64,000 nt of DNA from Antedon mediterranea (GCF_964355755.1 NC_092680.1:21771045-21835044), one strand, 5' to 3'. Positions 13,985 to 28,200 are shown, counted from the first letter of the stretch. Notes: generated from the letters alone by a model not told the origin. Numbers and translations are program-made.

Positions 13985-16232
13985 AAATTGCAAAAAAAAG
14001 AGCGTATTTTGGCCATTTAAAAAAAAAATGGCCCAATTTCAACCTTTTTATTTTTCGACATAAATGGTTACTATACGTCTATAAGATGATTATAATGCAA
14101 TATATGCGCATATATAGCAATATTACTGCATAATAACAGTATTTTAAAAAGTGCGTATTTTGGAAATTTTTGGAAAAAATCCTTGTACTATCTGTGTGAC
14201 TTAGGCAATTAAGGAGAGCTGACTTATGATCTGCTTAACTCACTGCTTATATCAATATACTATATTTTTTGTGTTTCTGCCTAAGTCAGCTGTGTGACTT
14301 AGGCAATTAAGGAGAGCTGACTTATGATCTGCTTAACTCACTGCTTATATCAATATACTATATTTGTTGTGTTTCTGCCTAAGTCAGCTGTGTGACTTAG
14401 GCAATAAAGGGGAGCTCACTTATGAAAAATCCCTGTACTATAGTACAAGGATTTTTTCTAACAAGGCCAACAGCCATAAGTCGCGTGCTAAAACTCATAG
14501 TGATACCGGACAGACCGACAGGCCGACCAACAGACATAGTGAACGTCCACTCGACTAAAAATGGCATTTTTCGACCCTTTTATTTTTCGATAAAACTGGT
14601 GTCTATGGTACTATAAGATGATGATAAAGCAAAATATGATCATATAGAGCAATTTTATTGCATAATAATTGAATTTTAAAAACTTGATATTTTGGCTATT
14701 TTTGGAAAAAATCCCTGTACTATAGTAAGGGATTTTTCGAAAAATGGCCCAATTTCGACCTTTTTATTTTTCGACATAAATGGTTACTATACGTCTATAA
14801 GATGATTATAATGCAATATATGCGCATATATAGATTATTGCATAATAACAGTATTTTAAAAAGTGCGTATTTTGGCCATTTTTTGAAAAAATCCCTGTAC
14901 TATAGTAAGGGATTTTTCGAAAAATGGCCCAATTTCGACCTTTTTATTTTTAGACATAAATGGTTACTATACGTCTATAAGATGATTATAATGCAATATA
15001 TGCGCATATATAGCAATATTATTGCATAATAACAGTATTTTAAAAAGTGCGTATTTTGGCCATTTTTGTAAAAAATCCCTGTACTATCTGTGTGACTTAG
15101 GCAATTAAGGAGAGCTGACTTATGATCTGCTTAACTCACTGCTTATATCAATATACTATATTTTTTGTGTTTCTGCCTAAGTCAGCTGTGTGACTTAGGC
15201 AATTAAGGGGAGCTCACTTATGATCTGCTTAACTCACTGCTTATATCAATATACTATATTTTTGTGTTTCTGCCTAAGTCAGCTGTGTGACTTAGGCAAT
15301 TAAGGAGAGCTGACTTATGATCTGCTTAACTCACTGCTTATATCAATATACTATATTTGTTGTGTTTCTGCCTAAGTCAGCTGTGTGACTTAGGCAATGA
15401 AGGGGAGCTCACTTATGAAAAATCCCTGTACTATAGTACAAGGATTTTTTCTAACAAGGCCAACAGCCATAAGTCGCGTGCTAAAACGCATAGTGATACC
15501 GGACCGACAGACAGACCGACAGACATAGTGAACGTCCACTCGACTAAAAATGGCCATTTTCTACCCTTTTATTTTTCGATAAAACTGGTGTCTATGGTAC
15601 TATAAGGTGATGATAAAGCAATATATGATCATATAGAGCAATTTTATTGCATAATAATTGAATTTTAAAAACTTGATATTTTGTCTATTTTTTGTAAAAA
15701 ATCCCTGTACTATAGTAAGGGATTTTTCGAAAAATGGTCCAATTTCGACCTTTTTATTTTTAGACATAAATGGTTACTATACGTCTATAAGATGATTATA
15801 ATGTAATATATGCGCATATATAGCATTATTATTGCATAATAACAGTATTTTAAAAAGTGCGTATTTTGGCCATTTTTGGAAAAAATCCCTGTACTATAGT
15901 AAGGGATCTTTGGATGAAAAATGGCCCAATTTCGACCTTTTTATTTTTCGACATAAATGGTTACTATACGTCAATAAGATGATTATAATGCAATATATGC
16001 GCATATATAGCAATATTATTGCATAATAACAGTATTTAAACAAATGCGTTTTTTGTCCATTTTTGAAAATTGCCAAATTTCGACCCTTTTATTTTTTTAT
16101 ATTTAACTGGTTGCTATGCCTCTAAAAGATGTTGATAATGCAATATGTGCATATATGGCAATATTATTGCATAATCATAATTGAATATAGATATTTTGGC
16201 CATTTAAAAAAAAATCCCTGTACTATAGTAAT
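13985..16232. mobile_element. Composite nested repeat, Helentron-associated (HINE/DINE-1-like) element, two tandem ~990-bp copies
   Basis: Contains 180-bp units, 98-bp units, and a module with a (gacc/gaca)n microsatellite ending ...cactcgactaaaaa, repeated ~990-1010 bp downstream; short stem-loop aaaaatccctgtactatagtaagggattttt. Family assignment is inference. Confidence 0.6.
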
Positions 16233-16478
16233 AATAAGTTGATATTTTGGCCTACTATATTATTTACTATTCAAATGAATTTATTGAACTTATATAATAT
16301 TCTCTACGATTAAAATACATGCTGTCTTGACCTAAGCTTATGGTTTATATCTAATGAACATTACCTATTATGAAATGAATGCTGAACCACCGTGTCTGTT
16401 GATATTCTGAACACCGTAAGATATATTGCACAAATTCATTACCACTATCCACTGTTATAAATAAATACTATAGTCTAG

Positions 16479-16618
16479 AGTCTTGTCTACACTATCAAAC
16501 TTTATCTGACAAAAAAAAAGTGATTTTCCCATATATGGACATGATTATGTCATATAACTACTAAATTTGCGCACATCACACTTTCTTTCAAACTAGTTTG
16601 ATAGTGTATACAGAGCTT
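16479..16618. mobile_element. MITE family A copy
   Basis: gtcttgtctacactatcaaact...agtttgatagtgtatacagagctt. Confidence 0.8.
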
Positions 16619-16868
16619 AACAATAAGTTATAAAATCTTATAAATACAGAACAATTATTAAATATTAAAGATACTGCAAGAATCTGTAATAAAATGCAAA
16701 TTACTTCTGTACAATATTTCTTCCATTTTCTAGTCTGGGACTATTACTCGTTTTTTAACTGTTTATGCATGGAGCATCTTGTATTTATATTTAGTCGTTT
16801 ATTGGTTATTTTTAGATGTTATCAAATTTTATATTACATATTATTCTATCATATACTTAATTCCTTTT

Positions 16869-17504
16869 TAGGGCACCCCTATTGTATGTTAGGGCACCCC
16901 TATTGTATGTTAGGGCACCCCTATTGTATGTTAGGGCACCCCTATTGTATGTTAGGGCACCCCTATTGTATGTTAGGGCACCCCTATTGTATGTTTTAGG
17001 GCACCCCTATTGTATGTTTTAGGGCACCCCTATTGTATGTTACGGCACCCCTATTGTATGTTAGGGCACCCCTATTGTATGTTAGGGCACCCCTATTGTA
17101 TGTTAGGGCACCCCTATTGTATGTTTTAGGGCACCCCTATTGTATGTTAGGGCACCCCTATTGTATACGATACCTATCGTATGTTAGGGCACCCCTATCG
17201 TATGTTAGGGCACCCCTATCGTATGTTAGGGCACCCCTATCGTATGTTAGGGCACCCTATCGTATGTTAGGGCACCCCTATCGTATGTTAGGGCACCCCT
17301 ATCGTATGTTAGGGCACCCCTATTGTATGTTAGGGCACCCCTATTGTATGTTAGGGCACCCCTATTGTATGTTAGGGCACCCCTATTGTATGTTAGGGCA
17401 CCCCTATTGTATGTTAGGGCACCCCTATCGTATGTTAGGGCACCCCTATCGTATGTTATTGTTAGGGCACCCCTATTGTATGTTAGGGCACCCCTATTGT
17501 ATGT
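16869..17504. repeat. 21-bp minisatellite, ~30 copies
   Basis: Unit tagggcacccctattgtatgt; source of the LGHPYCM/VRAPLLY pseudo-ORFs. Confidence 0.95.
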
Positions 17505-17642
17505 TTCCCTCTTTGTTTTGTGGTTGCCGTGTTCAACTTTTACAATTTTGTTTACACAAATTTGAAATAATAAATATCAATATGAAACATCTAAATAACA
17601 TCTACAAAAGTACAAAGTTAAATTTCATACAGAAAAATATTT

Positions 17643-17960
17643 ACAGATGACACTCACAATCCTTGTAAATAATGTTTATCGTCGCAAATAGCTTGATACA
17701 GATGACACTCACAATCATTGTAATAATGTTTATCGTCGCAAATAGCTTGATACAGATGACACTGCACTCACAATCATTGTAATAATGTTTATCGTCACAA
17801 ATAGTTTGATAAACGTAATTGCACAATGCATGATGGGAATGGTTTGGGAGAAAACGTCACGCAACGCGTACGCACAAACAACAAATCATGTACGTACGCG
17901 TTGTGACGTTTGCTCCCAAACCCTTCCCATCATGCGTCGTACACGCTATTTGCGATAAAC
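17643..17960. repeat. Foldback/inverted repeat with a tandemly triplicated left flank
   Basis: Arms gcatgatgggaatggtttgggagaaaacgtcacgcaacgcgtacg / cgtacgcgttgtgacgtttgctcccaaacccttcccatcatgc (17828-17935); outer gtttatcgtcgcaaatagc pairs with gctatttgcgataaac. Confidence 0.75.
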
Positions 17961-18899
17961 CAATGGGTGGAAAAGAGACAAGTAAGCAAGGATAATAAAA
18001 GAGGTATGCCACAATTTTAAAAGAAATTGATCTTAGGTATAGTGTCACGTATTGTTACAAGCAAGCAAGGTATAATATTTAAGGTATTAATAGAAAACAT
18101 AGTTAAGGATTAAAAGTAGATGAATGTTTTTACATTTAAATAACATATGTTCTTCTTGGTAGTTCAGTGCTCTACAATTATTATCTGATACCTAGAGCAT
18201 GTTGATTTTTAACAACAATTATTATTTTGATAATTCAACGTGTACGTATTATTACAGTAATAATAATACACTGTGTGAGTTATTGCAACAATCAAATGTC
18301 TTTAAAATGTCTATTTTCTATTGCACAATAATATTCTAAAATTGAAACACTTACAATTACAAATGTACTTTGAAAGTTATACATTATTAATCACTCACAT
18401 TCCTTCACATTTGTAATCGTGTTGCATTTAGACAAATATTTACAGCATACCTTATGATAGTACCACACAATTAGTCTAAGAATTGTTAATACTTCTTTTA
18501 AACAATACTGTATCGGTAAATCACTTGAATCAAAATATAAAGGTGTAACTATCTTGATCAAATGTAAAGCTTTAGCTTGGTGCAATTACTAAACTAAAAG
18601 ATCTAATTTCCATTACAAACTCTGTGTATTTAATTAGTTTCTTAATAACGTTGATTGAAACAAATTTCATTTGACAACGATATTATCAATCTATAACATT
18701 AATTGCATATACAATATATTGAATCCTTTTTACATAACTTACTTCTTAAAATAGTGATGGTTAATAACATTTGTAAATAAATTATTGCATAATTAAAAAA
18801 GATTTGTGTCAAGTACCATAATATTACAAATATCTTACAAAACATTAATCACATACAAAATTGTAAGTTGGCTTTTGAGTTAATAATAATATGTCAATG

Positions 18900-19150
18900 A
18901 TCTTACCTAGCGCTTAACGCATAAAGGCGCTTTACATCATTCATCTAGGTCACTTTTGATTTCCTGATCAGTTTTTATTGTTGTTTTTTGATCAAATAAA
19001 GAAATAAAATGAAAATTACCCTGGATTGGATCAAACACGACTGGAAACATAATGTTGCAGCCAGTAATCAGCGCAGTGCAATGATGAACATCCAGTCATA
19101 TTATTGACTAATAAATAATAGTAGTGCCCTGCTCAAGAGCACCCGTACAA
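18900..19150 (-). mobile_element. Probable degenerate SINE fragment downstream of the alpha2delta-like stop codon
   Basis: agtgccctgctcaagagcac resembles, from memory, the reverse of a tRNA-SINE central domain; gcgctttacat resembles a SINE/LINE tail. Confidence 0.35.
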
Positions 19151-19240
19151 GATCAATAGAGTAGTCCACAAATATTTGAACTAGAATTGTGTTGAGGCAT
19201 GGTTCAGGTAAATAATTACAAAAAGAAAGAAGTGAAAAAT

Positions 19241-22200
19241 TCATAAATAAGACGAGGTAATAAATGTTATAAAGATGAGTAGCAGTAGCAGTTTTCTTTG
19301 TACAAGTGTTGTATCAGCACCACTGTATAAACACGGCACCTCAATATCATTTATCATGGGACATTTATCTTGTTGAGCTAAACTCTGTTTGTCATCATTG
19401 TGTGCACATGTTCCATTGATGATACGAAAAGCTCCTGTTCCAGCAATACTGAAAAAATAAACAAAAAACATTGTTATTTACAAATTATTGAAGGTCTAAC
19501 CAGCAAAATTTAGTAAGTAAGTCTGTAATTGTATTAAAAAATGGACATATGGAAATAGATCAAATGTATGTTTTACTGTTGCAGAAGACACGAATTGATG
19601 TTTTAGATTTTTGTAAAACCATACAATTACATAATGTCTATAAAACAAGGACATTAGGTACAAAATAAAGTGAACAGGTGCAGATAAAGTGAACAGGTGC
19701 AGATAAAGTGAACAGGTGCAGATAAAGTGAACAGGTGCAGATAAAGTGAACAGGTGCAGATAAAGTGAACAGGTGCAGATAAAGTGAACAGGTGCAGATA
19801 AAGTGAACAGGTTCAGATAAAGTGAACAGGTCCAGATAAAGTGAACAGGTGCAGATAAAGTGAACAGGTGCAGATAAAGTGAACAGGTGCAGATAAAGTG
19901 AACAGGTGCAGATAAAGTGAACAGGTCCAGATAAAGTGAACAGGTGCAGATAAAGTGAACAGGTGCAGATAAAGTGAACAGGTGCAGATAAAGTGAACAG
20001 GTGCAGATAAAGTGAACAGGTCCAGATAAAGTGAACAGGTCCAGATAAAGTGAACAGGTCAAGATAAAGTGAACAGGTCCAGATAAACTGTGTATGAAAA
20101 TCTTGCATTACAGTTATTGTTTCTGCTTTCATGAAGAAGAAAATTCAAGAAGTTTTACTTACGCATTTGTAATTTTACAGTTGAAATTGAAGTATTTAGT
20201 TTTTTCCTTGGTGTTGCGCCAATTCTCAATAACAAGCAGGTAAAGATTTGTCTTGGGTAGTGCTGACACATAATAGAAACCAGACTTGCACGGCCCTGAT
20301 ACATTCCCTGTTATAATTCCATTGGCCTCTGCAAATCAAAATATCATTTAATAATTAAAGAAGATCAGGTTACACACACAAACAGTGGTGTTTTCACATT
20401 CCATTGCGTACAGATCAACCTCAGAAGCGATTTAATTTGTGCTTTAAAAATATCATTTTAAATACAGCAAAAATGATTTGAGAAAAATAGGTTCCTTAGT
20501 CTTGTAGTAAATAAAAGTAAGCCCTGTTGCCATTTCTGAACGTAGGGAAATGAGCTGTTAGGAGCTCATTGTACTAAGCCTTGGCATTATGTGGTAGAAC
20601 GTAGGGAAATGAGCTGTTAGGAGCTCATTGTACTAAGCCATGGCATTATGTGGTAGAACGTAGGGAAATGAGCTGTTAGGAGGTCATTGTACTAAGCCAT
20701 GGCATTATGTGGTAGAACGTAGGGAAATGAGCTGTTAGGAGCTCATTGTATTAAGCCTTGGCATTATGTGGTAGAACGTAGGGAAATGAGCTGTTAGGAG
20801 CTCATTGTACTAAGCATTGGCATTATGTGGTAGAACGTAGGGAAATGAGCTGTTAGGAGCTCATTGTACTAAGCCATGGCATTATGTGGTAGAACGTAGG
20901 GAAATGAGCTGTTAGGAGCTCATTGTACTAAGCCATGGCATTATGTGGTAGAACGTCGGGAAATGAGCTGTTAGGAGCTCATTGTACTAAGCCTTGGCAT
21001 TATGTGGTAGAACGTAGGGAAATGAGCTGTTAGGAGCTCATTGTACTAAGCCATGGCATTATGTGGTAGAACGTAGGGAAATGAGCTGTTAGGAGCTCAT
21101 TGTACTAAGCCTTGGCATTATGTGGTAGGATGGCCAGTTCCTTTAATGCCACCTTATCATCCCTATTATTTTCAACCAGGTACTCATTTACAGCGGAGTA
21201 GACTGGGAGTTGAACCCTGGTTTCTCCGTATGACCTTTAAGTGTCCTAACGACTTGGCTACCCAACTCCTTAATGTAGTAAATAATGTGTGTACATACCT
21301 ACAACACTATCATTAGCCTGATAACCAACAACATCTTGAATACATCCAAAAGAGTTTGAGAAGGAAGGGGTAGGCCCCTTGGTCTTGTAGTAATCATCCA
21401 ACTCACCAGGTGTCATTGGTATGCCCTGCAGGCTCGCCTGAAACCAAGTAATATAGACATTGGACGCATTTATCACATGATTCATTTATAGTACTATTAC
21501 AGGGGCGGATCCAGGATTTATGCACCAAAGAGGACGGAAGCAAAAAATAGGTATTTAGAAACTCGGACTGGGCATTCTCAAACCCTAAAGCACCTCTGGG
21601 AGAAGAGATTCTGTGAGATAGATGCAGACAGTAGTCTGGCTGTCAACGTAGCCATTTATCATTGAGTAACAATAATTATAGAAAAAACAAGGGAGCGCTA
21701 ACATATAATATTAATATAGTCTAACATGGATATAATAAAATAGTTAATAATTTTATTTTAGTTGTATATCTATTCAGAGCTATTGCTATGGGGAATTGTG
21801 ATAAATTGTGTCTCAACATGAAAACAAAATTGCAAATAAAGAGTTAAGAGTTGATGGTTATTCACCTTTGGTGCGTAAGGAGACACACTGCATGATCCTT
21901 GGAAATCAATCTGTTCTTTTCGTACAAAGAATTGGTGTTTGTAGATCAAGTCATGCATGACTTCACCCTCTTTCTTGCCAAGTGATACCCGTTTGTATTT
22001 ACGTTCATCTAATGCTGTTGCTTCCAAAAAGTCTGTATCAATCACAATATTTGCATTCTTATCAAACAAGTAGCACCTGCAATGTTGAGATAGAAGGTTT
22101 TACAACAAATATTTTGAACTATCCAAAACCATCCTTGGGCAAAATGATTCAGAATGGATTCTAAAAAGTTGTGGTTTTTTTAGCTTACAATAATTCTGGT

Positions 22201-25200
22201 TTACGTTGTTCTCAGTTTAACTGGAACTTCTCATGTGTCTGACTCTGACCATATTTTTTCTCCTATTCTCATGAATACTGGTGGAGTATTACGTGTCTAT
22301 TTAATATATTCCTTAGTTACATATGTTAGCTTAGTTCCTACTTAGACAAAACGCAACAACAATGCAAGTGAGTTGACCAATCATAAGCAACAGCTTGGGT
22401 GATCCATCGCATTGTGATTGGTCAATGCATTCAAGTGGGAAAGAAGCTTTAGTGAGTATATCACCTGTTTTATGTAAATGAGTTAAGTAGAGCTTCTTGC
22501 TACTGTTGACCTGGCATTGCTTGACCCTAAACTTGATATAATACTAACCGTGTTTGACAGCCTGGTTCTCCATCAGGACATGGGTATTTGGCTTCACATG
22601 AGTGGTTGCCATCACTTGCTTCCATTCGTTCATAAACAGCTTTGTGAAAATCATTGTAAAGAATATCCAGCGATGTGACAGCTTCAACTCTCTCCATGGC
22701 ACAGCGAGGGCGTGATCTGTCGGTGTAACTTGGGGCATCACTTACATAGCAACGAGCTGCAAAAAAGAACATTTATAAACATCTGAAATTATAAATCTAC
22801 AAATAAAGGATTTCTGACATTTGAATTAGTTCTTTGTCACTTACATGAAGCACAATCTGAGTCATGAGTGCAGACACAGCCTCCCATTATCAATTGTCCC
22901 TCATTGCCTTCACATTCTGATTTATTGCGTGTTTGCATTCCTTCAAAGATGGCCTGTGAAATGCTGATAATCTTGCCAGCTCCAGCAGCATCCATGTAAG
23001 CTGTTGATATGGATGTTTTGTGAGGACTTACAATCACACGATGATACCATGGACGTCTAACATAAAAATTCAAAGATAAAATATGACATTGATTTGAGAT
23101 CTTGAGCGCTGCTTAGTAAATAAGGTAACTTTAGAAATATGGCAAAATGGTGATGACAAACATTTGGAGTTGATGCATGATAATGATGCCAATGAATTAC
23201 AGACAATGATTATGACAACAATGATGTTTTTTTTATTTAAACATTTTATATTCTATACAAATATTGTATTCCTATGCAGTACTTACTTTGTAGGGTCATA
23301 TGGACGACTTGACCTATGACCTGGATATGTTCTAAATACTCCACTACGGCAACCAATATATGTCCACTTGACATCCTTTAAAAGGTCAAAGTTACGCTTC
23401 TTCCATATTGCTTCAATCTGTGATGTTATCAATACATCCGCTCTGAGAAAGTTGATAAGAATGTACAGTAGTATTATTATATCAGCTTAAAAAGTTGATA
23501 AGAAATGTAATATCAATAAATCAACAATAAAAAGTTGATAAGAAATGTAATATAAATAAAATCAACAATAAAAAGTTGATAAGAAATGTAATATAAATAA
23601 ATCAACAATAAAAAGTTGATAAGAAATGTAATATCAATAAATCAACAATAAAAAGTTGATAAGAAATGTAATATAAATAAATCAACAAGAAAAAGTTGAT
23701 AAGAAATGTAATATAAATAAATCAACAATAAAAAGTTGATAAGAAATGTAATATAAATACTTCAACTACAAAAATTTGATAAGAATGTCAATCAATAGAG
23801 TACATAAGAAACTTGTTATTAGAAATATTTGTTTTATAGAATAAATAAAAGTGTACTGAGCTGCCTACTTGATATTCTTCTCAAAGGTTCCATTAGGACA
23901 TCCTGGATTCTCATTTCCGTTCATAAACTCATGAGCCACCACCGTCTTCTGGCCTAAGTCATCGTCAAAGATGAACTTGTTTGGGTTACAGTAACATTTT
24001 GGTGCAAACTTTATTGATGAATGTTTATAAGTGACTGTTAATCCTTTATATCTAGGTTCTTTGTTCTTTATATCCATCAAATAATATAAAACTGAAGAAA
24101 ATAACATATTTAAAACATTAACATATCTTAATCACTTTTTGGTAATCATGTGATGCAGTTTCAACCAATCACGTCACATATTTACATAGGTGTAATAACC
24201 CTTCATCATTCACCTCATGCCATTATTTGTACCATTCCACGAATATAAAACATTCATTATTTTCTTTATATAACATCTAAATAGATCCTGTCATTTGAAT
24301 CAGATTCAATAAAAAGTAATTTAAATGCTTTTTTGGTCTAAATTAGTACATATCTCTCCAAAAATGTACTTCCGTCGTGCTACAATAGAATACACACATC
24401 ACTCGTAAAATTGCGGCAGAATGGGCTCGCTGTTCGGTTTTTCAAGTAATGGTATTAAAAAAAAATTTTTTTAAATGTTCGTACACAACATTTTTTTTAA
24501 AGTACTATTTAACGATTGTTAAATAGTTCGTACTATTGCATGCCATGTGACCTACAATCATCCAATCAATTTATTTAGGTGTTATACAAAACTAAATAAT
24601 ACATAGGCCATTTTGTTCTTTGAAAACATATTTATGGTGATATGTTGTAAATAAGAGATTTTGTGTAAACAGAGAACTGGTTCCATGCAATTACATTAAA
24701 GGAGTGAAATGGGAAAATAAAAATTTCTGAAAATTATAATACAAAACAAACAATAAATACTTTTTCCGTCTTTTTTCAGACGTTTCCTAGCCAACGAACT
24801 GTTGTATTCGGTTAAAATGTTGAAAACACTCATTGGTAGAGATGACTTATCTTGAGGTTCATTTGAACGACGGAACGTCTACAACAAATCAGAAATAATG
24901 AAATAAATAACGTCTACAACAAATCAGAAATGAAATAAATTACATCATACATTGTTTTTTTGTAATATTTATTGCTATCCATAAAATACACAATATAATA
25001 CATTATAGTTTGAAATGAACAAAATCATACAAAAACTAAATAATTATACAGTTATGGGATAGCAGAGGATAACCCTTTAAGCTGGGAAGCTTGTTATGGG
25101 ATAGCAGAGGATAACCCTTTAAGCTGGGAAGCTTGTTATGGAATAGCAGAGGATAACCCTTTAAGCTGGGGAGCTTGTTATGGGATAGCAGAGGATAACC

Positions 25201-28200
25201 CTTTAAGCTGGGAAGCTTGTTATGGGATAGCAGAGGATAACCCTTTAAGCTGGGAAGCTTGTTATGGGATAGCAGAGGATAACCCTTTAAGCTGGGAAGC
25301 TTGTTATGGGATAGCTGCAGAGGATAACCCTTTAAGCTGGGAAGCTTGTTATGGGATAGCAGAGGATAACCCTTTAAGCTGGGAAGCTTGTTATGGGATA
25401 GCAGAGGATAACTCTTTCAGCTGGGAAGCTTGTTATGGAATAGCAGAGGATAACCCTTTAAGCTGGGGAGCTTGTTATGGAATAGCAGAGGATAACCCTT
25501 TAAGCTGGGGAGCTTGTTATGGGATAGCAGAGGATAACCCTTTAAGCTGGGGAGCTTGTTATGGAATAACAGAGGATAACCCTTTAAGCTGGGGAGCTTG
25601 TTATGGGATAGCAGAGGATAACCCTTTAAGATGGGGAGCTTGTTATGGGATAGCAGAGGATAACCCTTTAAGCTGGGGAGCTTGTTATGGAATAGCAGAG
25701 GATAACCCTTTAAGCTGGGGAGCTTGTTATGGAATAGCAGAGGATAACCCTTTAAGCTGGGGAGCTTGTTATGGGATAGCAGAGGATAACCCTTTAAGCT
25801 GGGGAGCTTGTTATGGGATAGCAGAGGATAACCCTTTAAGCTGGGAAGCTTGTTATGGGATAGCAGAGGATAACACTTTAAGCTGGGGAGCTTGTTATGG
25901 AATAGCAGAGGATAACCCTTTAAGCTGGGAAGCTTGTTATGGGATAGCAGAGGATAACCCTTTAAGCTGGTGAGCTTGTTATGGAATAGCAGAGGATAAC
26001 CCTTTAAGCTGGGAAGCTTGTTATGGGATAGCAGAGGATAACCCTTTAAGCTGGGGAGCTTGTTATGGAATAGCAGAGGATAAACCTTTAAGCTGGGAAG
26101 CTTGTTATGGGATAGCAGAGGATAACCCTTTAAGCTGGGGAGCTTGTTATGGGATAGCAGAGGATAACCCTTTAAGCTGGGAAGCTTGTTATGGGATAGC
26201 AGAGGATAACACTTTAAGCTGGGGAGCTTGTTATGGAATAGCAGAGGATAACCCTTTAAGCTGGGAAGCTTGTTATGGGATAGCAGAGGATAACCCTTTA
26301 AGCTGGTGAGCTTGTTATGGAATAGCAGAGGATAACCCTTTAAGCTGGGAAGCTTGTTATGGGATAGCAGAGGATAACCCTTTAAGCTGGGGAGCTTGTT
26401 ATAGAATAGCAGAGGATAAACCTTTAAGCTGGGAAGCTTGTTATGGGATAGCAGAGGATAACCCTTTAAGCTGGGGAGCTTGTTATGGAATAGCAGAGGA
26501 TAACCCTTTAAGCTGGGAAGCTTGTTATGGGATAGCAGAGGATAACTCTTTAAGCTGGGAAGCTTGTTATGGAATAGCAGAGGATAACCCTTTAAGCTGG
26601 GGAGCTTGTTATGGAATAGCAGAGGATAACCCTTTAAGCTGGGAAGCTTGTTATGGAATAGCAGAGGATAACCCTTTAAGCTGGGGAGCTTGTTATGGAA
26701 TAGCAGAGGATAACCCTTTAAGCTGGGGAGCTTGTTATGGGATAGCAGAGGATAACCCTTTAAGCTGGGGAGCTTGTTATGGAATAACAGAGGATAACCC
26801 TTTAAGCTGGGGAGCGTGTTATGGGATAGCAGAGGATAACCCTTTTGTTATGGGATAGCAGAGGATAACCCTTTAAGCTGGGGAGCTTGTTATGGGATAG
26901 CAGAGGATAACCCTTTAAGCTGGGAAGCTTGTTATGGGATAGCAGAGGATAACCCTTTAAGCTGGGGAGCTTGTTATGGAATAGCAGAGGATAACCCTTT
27001 AAGCTGGGAAGCTTGTTATGGGATAACAGAGATAACCCTTTAAGCTGGGGAGCTTGTTATGGGATAGCAGAGGATAACCCTTTAAGCTGGGGAGCTTGTT
27101 ATGGGATAGCAGAGGATAACCCTTTAAGCTGGGGAGCTTGTTATGGAATAGCAGAGGATAACCCTTTAAGCTGGGAAGCTTGTTATGGGATAGCAGAGAT
27201 AACCCTTTAAGCTGGGGAGCTTGTTATGGGATAGCAGAGGATAACCCTTTAAGCTGGGGAGCTTGTTATGGGATAGCAGAGGATAATCCTTTAAGCTGGG
27301 AAGCTTGTTATGGGATAGCAGAGGATAACCCTTTAAGCTGGGGAGCTTGTTATGGAATAGCAGAGGATAACCCTTTAAGCTGGGAAGCTTGTTATGGAAT
27401 AGCAGAGGATAACCCTTTAAGCTGGGGAGCTTGTTATGGGATAGCAGAGGATAACCCTTTAAGCTGGGAAGCTGGTTATGGAATAGCAGAGGATAACCCT
27501 TTAAGCTGGGAAGCTTGTTATGGGATAGCAGAGGATAACCCTTTAAGCTGGGGAGCTTGTTATGGAATAGCAGAGGATAACCCTTTAAGCTGGGGAGCTT
27601 GTTATGGGATAGCAGAGGATAACCCTTTAAGCTGGGGAGCTTGTTATGGGATAGCAGAGGATAATCCTTTAAGCTGGGGAGCTTGTTTCAGAAGGGGTCC
27701 TTATTCTTTATCCAGAAAACAATGTACAAACTAGAGTAGTTACTACAAATAAAAATGATCATAGATGAAGAATATTTTCGTTCTCAGACAATTATACTTA
27801 CAGAGTCTGTATCAGCAAGGCTAAAAGCAAATGAATAATCTGATTGGTTGAGAGATGTATAGTAATAAGTGGCGGGCATTATTAACACCTTCACACCGTC
27901 TGAAAAATCACCCTAAAATTAAAATATCTTGGTTAAATAAGATATATTATATAAATAACTATCTGTTAATTTTAACTGATTTGCTTTTTAATGTAGTTTT
28001 GCTGTTTATTTATGTATTTTGATGTTCAAATTGTTTTTATGGCCTATAGCAGTAATTTTTAATATTTTAAAGTATTTTTAACCAATTGTATACATATTTT
28101 GTAAATTGAAACGCAAATCAGCATTTTGCTGCCATGTTTTAATCTTTTTGCTTTGAGAATAAATACCAATGAATAAATTAAAAAAAAAAATAAATTAATA

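Noticed and set aside
16694-17650. ORFs with LGHPYCM / VRAPLLY repeats
   Set aside because: Translation of a 21-bp minisatellite with frame-shifting indels; no splice or domain support.
19496-20132. 188-aa and 164-aa repetitive ORFs
   Set aside because: Products of the 19-bp intronic repeat.
21190-21270. tRNA gene
   Set aside because: A/B-box-like motifs only; no convincing cloverleaf, and it continues into SINE-like body sequence.
21500-21530. caggggcggatccagg transposon-like terminus
   Set aside because: No matching opposite end found, so no element could be delimited.
27013-27734. YGIAEDNPLSWGAC repeat protein
   Set aside because: Antisense to the host gene, inside an intron, interrupted by indels and stops, no ATG start.
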